DNA of 64,000 bases from a virus. Taxonomy: Duplodnaviria > Caudoviricetes. Below are positions 19,578 to 28,867 of this stretch, in pieces (positions within the stretch are counted from its first letter, which is position 1; every line of letters starts with the position of its first letter). The position numbers were made by a program, and so were the translations under genes. The notes below the pieces were generated by a model. The model was not told the DNA's origin. It searched no databases and saw only the letters and a list, made by a program, of their open reading frames with translations. The stretch is taken from the IMG/VR virus record IMGVR_UViG_3300034126_000020, positions 212,811-276,810 of that record. One strand, written 5' to 3'.

Positions 19578-21077
19578 TTAGTTCACAAGTTTGAAATTGC
19601 CGAACGGGTTGGCCCAGATTCCAATGTCGTGCTCTGTTTCGATAATAGTTGCGTAACGGATCACCGAATCAGACTCACGCCAGGTCAGAGCCACCACTCG
19701 CTTGACTACATCCGCGAGCGCCGACAGCGCATTTCGACCAATGATGTCGGAACCCACGATGAGTCGGACTTTCGCCTTCGTCGTCGGGACCTCTTCCATC
19801 GCCCTCAGCTCGCGGGCGAAGCCAGTGTTGTAATTCACGTTCACGTCCAGGTGTTTCACCGCTGAGGTGATCTCCTTACGCAACTTGAACGTCACCACTG
19901 CCTTCTTTTCCACGGCTTCATATAGTAGGTCGGTCAAATCGGTAGCGATCACCGACTTGTCACCCTCCATGAACTGGTCAAGGATTACCGACATACATTC
20001 CAGGTTGTCCACGTTGTAGTAGGACAGCCCAGTGGGTGTAACGTGATGGATGACCGGGATCTTCTTTTCAGTCTGAAGACTCCAGTTCGACTTGTTACGC
20101 CTGAGCACGTCCAGACCGAAACGCATGATGTCTTCGGTGGTGTTGGCGTTCAGAATGTTGCGCAGCGCACCTACGAACAGATGCCCTACTTGTGAGGTGT
20201 CCATTTTGACGAAATGCTGACGCACCTTCTCCAAGACTTCAACGTCGTCTTTCAAATAAAGAACAGCGTTGCTTGAGTCGGATTGCGGCTTAGCGATGTC
20301 TTCGTCATCCCCATGCTGACCAGTCCAGTAAACGTGGCGACCGTCCTTTGAGACCCTGCGCTCCGTAGCGTCAGAACTGAAATACCACTTGGGTTGGTCA
20401 AACATGCGGTTGTACGTACCGGTTGCTTTCCAGTACCCTTCCGGCTGTTGCTCGAGCTTGTACGTGAGTTCGTAGCCATTGAGGCCCAGACTGTTGCCCT
20501 TACCGGCCCAACTGTCTGCCTTCTCATTCCCGGTGTGTCCGTTGTGCCCTTTGATCCACGCCAGGGTGACTTTGTTCTCTTTGTCGCGCAATTGGCCCAG
20601 CAGTGTGTCGACGGCTATCCAGTCGGCCTTGTTGGCCACCTCTTCGCCATCCTGCTTACGCCAGCCGGTTTGCTTCCATTTGTTCAGGTACTGGTTAACG
20701 CCTTTGACCACATACTGGGAATCCGAGTAGATGATCGTTTCGTTCAGCCCTTTGTCAAGTACGTATGACAGCGCCTCCTTTGCAGCAAGCAGCTCGGTGT
20801 GGTTGTTGCTGCCTGCTTTAGGCACCCCACCGAAGCTATCAATGTAGTTTAGGATGTTGACGGCTTTCTGCTCATCCTTCGTGTCGGAGTAGCCGACAGC
20901 CGTTGGTGTCGATCCAGGCACACCACTTCCACGGGTCTTGTCCGGTAACGCGTCTGCTGTGTACACGTAACCATGTAGACCCCACCCCCCAGCGCGTTCA
21001 CTGCTATAAAACCCACCGTCGGCGTACAATACCCCATTGTACCCGCCGGATGCCGGGCTTTCCTTAACATCCGTCAT
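19578..21077 (-). CDS. rnhA: Ribonuclease HI with C-terminal extension (phiKZ gp155-like)
   Basis: YADGG, GGWG, NNHTELLA, YSDSQYVVKG, W..GW, WIKGHNGHTGNEKADSWA: full RNase HI catalytic set. Confidence 0.92.
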   Translation of the reverse strand: MTDVKESPASGGYNGVLYADGGFYSSERAGGWGLHGYVYTADALPDKTRGSGVPGSTPTAVGYSDTKDEQKAVNILNYIDSFGGVPKAGSNNHTELLAAKEALSYVLDKGLNETIIYSDSQYVVKGVNQYLNKWKQTGWRKQDGEEVANKADWIAVDTLLGQLRDKENKVTLAWIKGHNGHTGNEKADSWAGKGNSLGLNGYELTYKLEQQPEGYWKATGTYNRMFDQPKWYFSSDATERRVSKDGRHVYWTGQHGDDEDIAKPQSDSSNAVLYLKDDVEVLEKVRQHFVKMDTSQVGHLFVGALRNILNANTTEDIMRFGLDVLRRNKSNWSLQTEKKIPVIHHVTPTGLSYYNVDNLECMSVILDQFMEGDKSVIATDLTDLLYEAVEKKAVVTFKLRKEITSAVKHLDVNVNYNTGFARELRAMEEVPTTKAKVRLIVGSDIIGRNALSALADVVKRVVALTWRESDSVIRYATIIETEHDIGIWANPFGNFKLVN

Positions 21078-21135
21078 TTACTGAACCCTTAGATGTGTTA
21101 GCGCACTTGTCACAGTGCTCATGTGATACACCGGA

Positions 21136-21504
21136 TTATTTCTGAAAAACAGGACGTCCGCTCTTGCCGCATTTCATGTTGTGGCGAGCGATGTCTTCGC
21201 GAAGGTACTGTTCTTCATGGTCAAGGTAGACCTTGAGCTTTTCGGTGTGTGCGAGGAGGACATCATTGATCTCATCCGGCGTGAGCTTGGCAATGTTGAC
21301 CTTAGGAAGTGTGGGCCTGACGTGCTGCAAGTAAACAGTGCGCTTGAATTCTCCACAAGGTGAGTCAGCGGTCTCGTCCGGTAGTTGGAACGAGAACACT
21401 GTGGTACGGTTGTCGATGGTCTGCACGACTGAGCAGGAGCCAAGGAACACAAATATCCAGCAAAGGTGGAAGATCCGGCTTCCTTTCACTAAACCAGCAA
21501 TCAT
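21136..21504 (-). CDS. Lipoprotein, candidate o-spanin
   Basis: From ATG 21504: MIAGLVKGSRIFHLCWIFVFLGSC, with lipobox LGS-C after a hydrophobic stretch; 10 nt downstream of an i-spanin-like gene. Confidence 0.55.
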   Translation of the reverse strand: MIAGLVKGSRIFHLCWIFVFLGSCSVVQTIDNRTTVFSFQLPDETADSPCGEFKRTVYLQHVRPTLPKVNIAKLTPDEINDVLLAHTEKLKVYLDHEEQYLREDIARHNMKCGKSGRPVFQK

Positions 21505-21514
21505 GGTGGTAAAC

Positions 21515-21949
21515 CTATTGGCTAAGCTTTTTCCAACGTTCGACAAGATCGTTGTTAGGCGGGCGAATGATCACCGGCTTGTCTTCCGGTGTTTTTTGGG
21601 GTTTGGTTGGCTCCGGCGGACCAGTGGTCGTCGGTGTCTTAGGAGGTTTGGACTTCAACTCGTAATAGCGATCGCGATACCACTCCATCCTCTCCTTGAG
21701 GTATGGAATCTGTTCGTCAATCTCTTTCTTCATGGCAGTTTCAGCTCGCTCGTGTTCGGCGATGACATCTTCTTGGTCGAGAACGATCAGGTAGACGTGG
21801 ATGAACATGAGAGTCATGATCACGAAACCCAGCGTCGTCACGATTAATGAAAGGTTGTCTCGGACAAACTGCCTGAAGGTACGATCACGAAGCCAAATCT
21901 CCCGGACGAAGCGGAAGAGTGCTTTGAGTACCTTAAAGAGCGTTATCAT
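21515..21949 (-). CDS. Inner-membrane protein, candidate i-spanin
   Basis: Single TM helix (LSLIVTTLGFVIMTLMFIHVYLIVL), coiled-coil-like segment, Pro-rich linker, short C-terminal helix. Confidence 0.55.
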   Translation of the reverse strand: MITLFKVLKALFRFVREIWLRDRTFRQFVRDNLSLIVTTLGFVIMTLMFIHVYLIVLDQEDVIAEHERAETAMKKEIDEQIPYLKERMEWYRDRYYELKSKPPKTPTTTGPPEPTKPQKTPEDKPVIIRPPNNDLVERWKKLSQ

Positions 21950-22033
21950 CTTATTCCCTGGAAATGGTATGGACGTTCCGAGTATTCTTTAACGATTGTC
22001 ATAGTGTACGTGACAATCAGCACGGAGATAGAC

Positions 22034-23389
22034 ATGTATAAACTCAAGGCTTTTTGCCAGATCGCCGCGTTGATTGACAACAGCGTCGACATCGTGGCAC
22101 CGATCGGGGAACTGTCCGATCGTGGATTTACCTACGGTCGCAATAAAGAGAAGTTGAACTCGGCAGCCTCCCCTGGCTACACCCTGATTGGCTTCTCCAG
22201 CAAGCGTGACGGTGTAAGTGAGCAGATCAACGGTATCTTGGCTCAGGATCTCTTGGCTGTCTGCAAGTGGGCCTACGATTCGGCACTGGCGAACAAGTTC
22301 AACTCGAGCAGCGAAAGCTTCCGTGTGGCCTTCGTTCAGCAGTGGCAAGCCAAGTACTCGATCTTCACCACAGGGTCGATGACTCAGGCTGCTCAGGGCG
22401 TGTGGATGCCTACGGTCATTGAGATCCGCGACATCGCCAACGACGAACTCCAGTACAAACTGTGGTTCTCGTCGGAAACGTTCGAACAGCAGTACGACGA
22501 GTTCCACATTGAAGTCGTTGCGCCTGTTGAAGACCTGGACGTGTTCTTCCTGGGGCGTCAAGCGGTCATCACTGCCCTGGCTGAAATGACTCACGACCTC
22601 AAGATGGAGAAAGTCCAAGCCATCCGTGAAGTCTACCCTGAGTCCTTCATCAGCGGTCCGATGTATGAGTGGTACGACCCGACTGACCCGGCCGACAAGA
22701 CCCGTCGCATTGCCACGTACTGGACGCCTCTGGTCTACGGTATCGCCGGTAACAACGTTGATGCTATCAAGGAAGCGCTGCGGGACTACATCCTGTCTCA
22801 CTCCGACCATGGCAAAGACGACTGGGCTGCGATCTTCCCAGAGATCTTCACCTCGACCGAGTTCATCTTCGTGCCGATGTGGAAGAAGTACTCCATCCCT
22901 AACCGGGTCCTGGAGAGCGGTCTCTACAGCTCGGTGTCGAACTTCAACTACGGTAAGGCGGAACTGATTCGTCTGGTGCGTGGTGAAGGTTATACCGATG
23001 CCTACCTTGATGGCAACGCCGAGATCTTCGGTGCATCTCACAAGGCGATCACCGTGGCAGTGGCAGGCAGTCCGTACAACCGTGACGGCGTGACCAGCTT
23101 CGTGCAGCGGTACTTCGACTACATCAACGTCGACCCTACGTCGCTTGACTTTGGTCGGATGGGTCCTGAGACCCGTCGCATGGTGTTGGCTCTGGCAGAG
23201 ATGCTGGCTGTGGCTGAAGACATGACCCCTGATTCGGCTGTGCCAGTGAAGTTCACTCGCCTGCTGCGTGACGGTGTCCTGTACGTGTCCTACACGCTGG
23301 ACCGCTTCCAACTCATCGTGACGTCGAAGTACTCGGCTGAAGATGCGACCTTGGCAGGCAACAGCACTGATGAGCCGGTGCTGAACTGA
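22034..23389 (+). CDS. Probable virion structural protein
   Basis: 451 aa from ATG 22034 (GGAGA RBS), TATG at 21968; no catalytic motif; late-type orientation. Confidence 0.6.
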   Translation: MYKLKAFCQIAALIDNSVDIVAPIGELSDRGFTYGRNKEKLNSAASPGYTLIGFSSKRDGVSEQINGILAQDLLAVCKWAYDSALANKFNSSSESFRVAFVQQWQAKYSIFTTGSMTQAAQGVWMPTVIEIRDIANDELQYKLWFSSETFEQQYDEFHIEVVAPVEDLDVFFLGRQAVITALAEMTHDLKMEKVQAIREVYPESFISGPMYEWYDPTDPADKTRRIATYWTPLVYGIAGNNVDAIKEALRDYILSHSDHGKDDWAAIFPEIFTSTEFIFVPMWKKYSIPNRVLESGLYSSVSNFNYGKAELIRLVRGEGYTDAYLDGNAEIFGASHKAITVAVAGSPYNRDGVTSFVQRYFDYINVDPTSLDFGRMGPETRRMVLALAEMLAVAEDMTPDSAVPVKFTRLLRDGVLYVSYTLDRFQLIVTSKYSAEDATLAGNSTDEPVLN

Positions 23390-23392
23390 CAG

Positions 23393-23425
23393 CATAGAGA
23401 GCGGGCCAATGGCCCGCTCTCTATG
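23393..23425. terminator. Hairpin between convergent genes
   Basis: Perfect 15-bp stem CATAGAGAGCGGGCC-AAT-GGCCCGCTCTCTATG. Confidence 0.75.
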
Positions 23426-23430
23426 TCGTT

Positions 23431-23772
23431 TCACCGAGGACAGCCCAGTGTGTCAAGGATCTCGTCCTTGGACTCTTTCAGGTAGACGCCCGGAGAGCCC
23501 GCCAGCAACGCGATCAACTTACCTTCACCAAAGTGCTTGGCAAAGTCATCCACTTTCATCAAGCGCATGCCTTGACCTTCAACGAAGGCTACCATGCAGC
23601 CCCAGGCCCGCCAGTCTGCAATGCTCGGTTCGATTGAGCATGACCGACCGGGAGCCCACTGACGACGATAGAGGTAAGGTAGGTCACGGCCTGGAGCAGA
23701 CCACTTCCCCTTCCCTTCGCCCATCGTCCCAGCTCCCATAAAGAACTGTACCGTGTGATCCTGAATCCTCAT
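23431..23772 (-). CDS. Hypothetical protein
   Basis: 113 aa, translationally coupled to SbcC (TAATG overlap). Confidence 0.65.
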   Translation of the reverse strand: MRIQDHTVQFFMGAGTMGEGKGKWSAPGRDLPYLYRRQWAPGRSCSIEPSIADWRAWGCMVAFVEGQGMRLMKVDDFAKHFGEGKLIALLAGSPGVYLKESKDEILDTLGCPR

Positions 23773-26255
23773 TACGCAATCTCCACATGCTCGTTGTACG
23801 TCCGGGTCATGGAAACGTGCGTATCGTCCATCACCACCAGTTGGCTATTGGGGTAGCTGTTCTGACTCTCGAAGGAGTGACTGATGAAGAACACCTGCGA
23901 GTAGGTGTCATCGTCGATCAGGTCCTTGATGGCCAGTGTCAGGTTCAAGCGGTGGACTTCATCGAACGTTCGACCCAGCTCATCGAGGTACAGCGGGAAT
24001 TGCTGCAACTCAAGGAACTTGTACACCACCAGAACGAACGCCTGGTTAACAATGTCAACCTGGCTGTCTGACCCATACTTGATGTCTGGGATCAGGTTCT
24101 CTGAGGAGTGTACGTAGATCGGGAACTTGTAGTCCAGCTCACCACCGTCAATGTTGCAGGTGTCCAACGCAAGGTTATAACCCCATACCTTAGCGATGAC
24201 GTCGTTGATGCCGCTGATGAAGGTGTTGATGAACACCATGATCTGTTCAGCGATGATCCCGTCTTTAGGGGACAGGAGTCGCTCCAACTGGATCAGGGCT
24301 TCCTCTTCCGCCCGAGCATCCTCCAACGACCGGTTCAGGTCATTGATGATCCCCATCTGGACTTCAGCTTCGGCCAACGATTGTTCCAGCATGCCCAACT
24401 GCACTTGGTGACGCTTGACCTGAGCCTCGACTTCCTCAACAGCCACGAACCGAGTCATGTTGGTCATCAGTTCATCAAGGCGAGCCATGCCCATCTCGAT
24501 GGTCCGACTGATCTCACGGGCTTCAGTCATGCGGTTGTGGAACTGCTCCACCTCTTTCAAGGTGACACGGGCATCGAGCAAGTGACCTTTCAAGTCAACA
24601 ACCCGATCACCCAACGAGTTAGCCACTTCACGCAGATGACCTGACTTGTCCATCCGAGCCAGTGCCGCTTCCCGCTCACGCAGAGGATGCAACTCACGCT
24701 CAAGATCCGCGATGGCCATGTTGGTCTTCACATCACCCATGAACTGAGTGCACACCGGGATCAGTCCACGTCCCGCACTGAAGCCCCCATTGGCATTGAT
24801 CACCCGCCACAGCTCATTGAGATCAGGGTTACGGTCACGGATCTGCTGGAGGCCGTACAGCCCTTCACTGACCGTGTTCGCTTCCTGTAACCACGAGCTG
24901 ATAGTCTCGATCTTCTCCTGCATGGACTGTCGGAAGCCGTACCCTTTTGCCAACGATGCTTTGATCTCGTCTTCTTCACTGCCATTCACGCCTTCTTTGA
25001 AGGTATGGTTGCAGTTAGGGCACTGAGTGGACTTGCAGTTACGGATGTGTTCGAGACGATACTCCAATTCCCCGATCCGAGACTGTCCCTTCATCATGTT
25101 GTTCTGATGTTCGGCCAACTCACGCTGTTTGGCAGCGTAGACATGGCGGTCAAGGTACGCATCGTCCTTCACATCCACGCCATGCAGCAGGTTCATCACT
25201 TCATTGATGGTCGAGAAGCAGTACTCACTCACCGGCAGGTTGCTACCGTCCTTGACCAGACGGAATTTAGCAATGAGATCCTGTTTCTGATCACACAACT
25301 CGGTCAATCGGTCGGCCAAAGCCTTCGGATCGATCTCTTCCAGCTCTGTCAGGTCATGGATCTGCTTGTCGATCTCGTGATGACGCTCTGAGACCTCCTG
25401 TAAGGCTGCCTCAAGCATTTGCACACGGGACTTGAGGCTATCCTTGAGTTGGACAACCGCTTCGTTGTCGACGTCTTTGACGACCGCAGGCGCAGAACCT
25501 TTCAAGTACTTGGTACGCTGCAACAAACCGTCAATGTCAGAGAGCAGTTCGTGGTACTGACGTTCGTAATGGGCAAAGGTTGGGGCCAATCCATCACGAC
25601 GTGAGACCTGATGCAGCTTCATGAGCTTGTCGTAGACCGCAGCCGACTGTTGACGCAACGTCTGGAACGTCTCGTCGTCGATCTTCTTCGCTGTCTCGTT
25701 AACCAAACGACCCGAGAGGTGTTTGATGACGGCGTTGGTGTCACGCACTGCCCGTTTGATCCGACCGTGCAACTTGATGACGTAGTCGAAGTCAGCAGAG
25801 GACAGCAAGGTGATCCATTCGCGACGTTGGTTGGTGCTCATGTCGGTGAACTTCAACTGCCCTGTCAACACTTGGTGCAGGTCGTTGGTCATGCCGAAGT
25901 GTTCACGTACCAGTTCACGCTGGACTGCCCCAGTGTGTCCGTCGTTCAGCTCTTCAAACTCTTCATCGTTCAACCACATCTTGAAACTGTGCGACATGCC
26001 CTTGCCTGAGTACTCACTGCGGAGTTCATAGACACGGCCATTGTTCAACACCTTGACGTATTTGTAGCCACCCTTTTCAAAGTCGTCTTTCTCGCCCGGC
26101 AAGACACTGAAGCCTACCTTGAGTAGACTGGACTTACCCGAGCCATTGGTGCCCAGTACGATCTGGGTCTTGAGGCTTGGGTTGATCCTCAGAGTCTCGA
26201 TGCCCTTCAGATAAAAACGATTGCAACGGTGTAAGACCATTTCAGAAATAAACAT
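23772..26255 (-). CDS. sbcC: SbcC/Rad50-like ATPase (phiKZ gp165-like)
   Basis: Walker A GTNGSGKS, long coiled coils, zinc hook CPNC, signature YGSDSQ, Walker B LYLDE, H-switch FISH. Confidence 0.9.
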   Translation of the reverse strand: MFISEMVLHRCNRFYLKGIETLRINPSLKTQIVLGTNGSGKSSLLKVGFSVLPGEKDDFEKGGYKYVKVLNNGRVYELRSEYSGKGMSHSFKMWLNDEEFEELNDGHTGAVQRELVREHFGMTNDLHQVLTGQLKFTDMSTNQRREWITLLSSADFDYVIKLHGRIKRAVRDTNAVIKHLSGRLVNETAKKIDDETFQTLRQQSAAVYDKLMKLHQVSRRDGLAPTFAHYERQYHELLSDIDGLLQRTKYLKGSAPAVVKDVDNEAVVQLKDSLKSRVQMLEAALQEVSERHHEIDKQIHDLTELEEIDPKALADRLTELCDQKQDLIAKFRLVKDGSNLPVSEYCFSTINEVMNLLHGVDVKDDAYLDRHVYAAKQRELAEHQNNMMKGQSRIGELEYRLEHIRNCKSTQCPNCNHTFKEGVNGSEEDEIKASLAKGYGFRQSMQEKIETISSWLQEANTVSEGLYGLQQIRDRNPDLNELWRVINANGGFSAGRGLIPVCTQFMGDVKTNMAIADLERELHPLREREAALARMDKSGHLREVANSLGDRVVDLKGHLLDARVTLKEVEQFHNRMTEAREISRTIEMGMARLDELMTNMTRFVAVEEVEAQVKRHQVQLGMLEQSLAEAEVQMGIINDLNRSLEDARAEEEALIQLERLLSPKDGIIAEQIMVFINTFISGINDVIAKVWGYNLALDTCNIDGGELDYKFPIYVHSSENLIPDIKYGSDSQVDIVNQAFVLVVYKFLELQQFPLYLDELGRTFDEVHRLNLTLAIKDLIDDDTYSQVFFISHSFESQNSYPNSQLVVMDDTHVSMTRTYNEHVEIA

Positions 26256-26320
26256 TAGCTAGGTCCTTCCCCTAATTCTGTAGGATAGGTCGTAGAGTTT
26301 CATTTTAACAAGAGGTGTGT

Positions 26321-27118
26321 ATGGCAGAGCAAACGGCCAGTATGTTTCGTCTGGTAGCTGTCGGCACCGCTGTGGAAAACCTCAAGTTAGGTTCCGTTGA
26401 ATTGATGGTTTCGCCCCATGAGAAGCTGGGCTTCACGGACGGGGAAGCTGTCGATAAAGTCGATGCCATGGAATATGGCCATCAGAACTCAGACGGTAAA
26501 GAAAACAGCGGTGTCGCATTCGTGTCCGGTAACCACCCAGCTACATGGATACCAGACAGTAACCGCAAGACCCCACCCAACGTTCGCCGTGGTGAGCGGA
26601 TCAAGATCTACCAGTTCGGCGCTAACGACAAGTACTACTGGCGTGTGTTCGGACTGGATGACCACCTGCGGCGCTTGGAGACTGTGGTCTTTGGGATCAA
26701 CGCCAACCCGGCTGAAGCATCGGATGGCGCAGATCCTGAGAACATGTACTTCGTGGAATGGTCAGCTCACAAGAAGATGATCACCCTCAGCACCAGCAAG
26801 AAGAACGGTGAGGTCTGTACGTACGACGTGCAGTTCGACATGGCATCGGGCAAGATCATCATCCAGGATGATCAGGGTAACCACATCCTGTTTGACACGG
26901 CGAACACCCACATCCTCATCAAGAACATGTTGGGTGCGTTCATTGAGTTGAACAAGCGCGACATCAATGGGTACGCTCCGCAGAACATCAGTCTGACAGC
27001 CGACAGCAATGTTGACGTCAAGGCCAAGAAGATCACTCTCAATGGCGGGGGCAGTATCTTCCAACTGCAAGGCGGCGGTACAACACTCAAGACGCCTCGA
27101 TTTGATGGGAGTAGCTGA
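26321..27118 (+). CDS. Central tail spike / puncturing protein (gp5/VgrG-like; phiKZ gp164-like)
   Basis: OB-fold-like N-terminus (W...P.VRRGERI.IY), beta-strand-repeat C-terminus; coupled to a PAAR gene. Confidence 0.7.
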   Translation: MAEQTASMFRLVAVGTAVENLKLGSVELMVSPHEKLGFTDGEAVDKVDAMEYGHQNSDGKENSGVAFVSGNHPATWIPDSNRKTPPNVRRGERIKIYQFGANDKYYWRVFGLDDHLRRLETVVFGINANPAEASDGADPENMYFVEWSAHKKMITLSTSKKNGEVCTYDVQFDMASGKIIIQDDQGNHILFDTANTHILIKNMLGAFIELNKRDINGYAPQNISLTADSNVDVKAKKITLNGGGSIFQLQGGGTTLKTPRFDGSS

Positions 27119-27384
27119 TGGGCAATAAAGTCTCGTTGGTCGGTGTCGATCAAGCAGGGGGTGTCATCACAGGTCCGGGGAAACCTAACTGGACGTGGAA
27201 TGGCAAACCCATGTCTGTGGTCAACGACGGTGTAGCAGGTCATGGTGCAGGGGCTCACGCAGGACCTAAGATTGCCAACGGCAGTCCTTGGTTCAGCATT
27301 GATGGGATTCCCGTCACACGGGCCACCAGCAAGGCCACCTGTAATGATGATGCAACAGGTTCGGCTGACATGTACATCCCATGA
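27118..27384 (+). CDS. PAAR-like spike tip protein
   Basis: 88 aa; WNGKPMSVVND, GHGAGAH, IDGIPVTRAT..C: PAAR/gp5.4-like repeats with His/Cys ligands. Confidence 0.8.
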   Translation: MGNKVSLVGVDQAGGVITGPGKPNWTWNGKPMSVVNDGVAGHGAGAHAGPKIANGSPWFSIDGIPVTRATSKATCNDDATGSADMYIP

Positions 27385-27389
27385 TGCGG

Positions 27390-27423
27390 CATAGAGGAGG
27401 AGCCACTGGCTCCTCCTCGTATG
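27390..27423. terminator. Hairpin between convergent genes
   Basis: CATA-GAGGAGGAGCC-ACT-GGCTCCTCCTC-G-TATG. Confidence 0.7.
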
Positions 27424-27426
27424 TTG

Positions 27427-28722
27427 TCACGCCACAGGAACCACGATCTCAACGGTGCTGGTGCTCCATTGGATCAGATCACCACGGGCGAAAGTCTGGG
27501 GCTCAGAAGAGACCCGCTTCTCATCGACCTTGGGCTGCAAGGTGTAGTCCGTGGTGTCCATGAAGCGGTGTTGACGCAGGTTGTTGTTGACCCGGATCAC
27601 CCACACGCCATTTTCTTCTTCGCTCACGTACGATGGCAACGCACCCAGTTCGGTACGCAATGGCCACAGTGGACGTTCGTCCAAGTAGAACCGACCCGGC
27701 AAGTGAGTGCGGCCTGTCCCGATGACGTTGGTCACCAAGTGGTCAACCTCAATGCCCACGATGAACGACTGGCTCAGGGTCAGCAATTCGAGCATGCACT
27801 CGTTACTGTAGAACCCTTGCAGGTCATAGTCGAGTTCGTTGGTCGGTGACACATCGTGGAAGCGTTCCATCGACGTCTGGTCAATCAGGTAACGAGAGAC
27901 CATGTACCGCTCAAGGAATGGCAACTTGCGCATCTCCACTTTCATGGAGTTACTGCCGATGACTTTGATGTCACTGGTAGCCAAGTGCAGGTAACCGCCG
28001 ATGACGATACCCATCACCTTGTTGGTGGTGTCGAACGGGACCTTGACGTAGAAGTTGTACGACAGCTTCTTTGTCTCATCGGGCTGGTAGATCATCTCAG
28101 GAGTGATCGAGGCAGTGTGAACCTTCCCCAAGTTCTTGAAGCTGATCAGACCAACCAGAGCGTTCTGAGAACGACGGAATGTAGTACCGCCATCCTTGAT
28201 GTACGCGCCATCATTATCGGCGTCCAGTCGGTGCACCAGACCGTTAACCGTTGCCAAGCAATGCTGCTGCACGTCAACGTAGTCGATCTTGACCTCTTGG
28301 GCAGCATCAGCCTCAAGATCACGAACCAACCAGATGTCAGTCTTGTCAGAGTCGATCGCATCGTTGAAGGGCGAGCCGATAGGTACAGTCAGGTCGCACT
28401 TGTAACCTGCCTGCCAAGCATCCCGAGCCAACGCTTTATAAGTAGTCGGCTTCGGGATGCCCTTGACGGTAGGCAGTGTCAGGTTTGCGTTACTGGTCAG
28501 CCATTGGTTAACCGTGACGGTTTCCAGAACTGTGGCCAGACGATCATTCACGTCGGTCAATTTAAGCGTGTGTTTCTCGCCAAGGACCGGGTGAGTAAGG
28601 ATCAGGTAGACTTCGGCATAAATGCGCAGGAGCGACTTGACCGGAATGTTGCTGACGTTCAGTTCCTCGAATTTCACGTCAGGCTTTCGGTGTTTCACCA
28701 AAGCGCCTTGGTATTCGTACAT
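27427..28722 (-). CDS. Probable virion structural protein
   Basis: 431 aa among spike/fibre genes; no enzyme motif. Confidence 0.55.
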   Translation of the reverse strand: MYEYQGALVKHRKPDVKFEELNVSNIPVKSLLRIYAEVYLILTHPVLGEKHTLKLTDVNDRLATVLETVTVNQWLTSNANLTLPTVKGIPKPTTYKALARDAWQAGYKCDLTVPIGSPFNDAIDSDKTDIWLVRDLEADAAQEVKIDYVDVQQHCLATVNGLVHRLDADNDGAYIKDGGTTFRRSQNALVGLISFKNLGKVHTASITPEMIYQPDETKKLSYNFYVKVPFDTTNKVMGIVIGGYLHLATSDIKVIGSNSMKVEMRKLPFLERYMVSRYLIDQTSMERFHDVSPTNELDYDLQGFYSNECMLELLTLSQSFIVGIEVDHLVTNVIGTGRTHLPGRFYLDERPLWPLRTELGALPSYVSEEENGVWVIRVNNNLRQHRFMDTTDYTLQPKVDEKRVSSEPQTFARGDLIQWSTSTVEIVVPVA

Positions 28723-28867
28723 TTATCGAGTCTCCCACGATAATGGTATGCCAGTTGTCTGATATTCAATATTAGACAAGCTTCGTTTTTAAGTAACGCC
28801 CCAAAGATTTCACGGCCCCTTTTCCAAGCGGCATCTGAACCGATGGAGATCCCAACGGAGAGCATAA

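Noticed and set aside
26321-27384. Type VI secretion VgrG/PAAR locus
   Set aside because: No TssB/C/J/L/M, Hcp or effector-immunity genes; the context is a phage baseplate.
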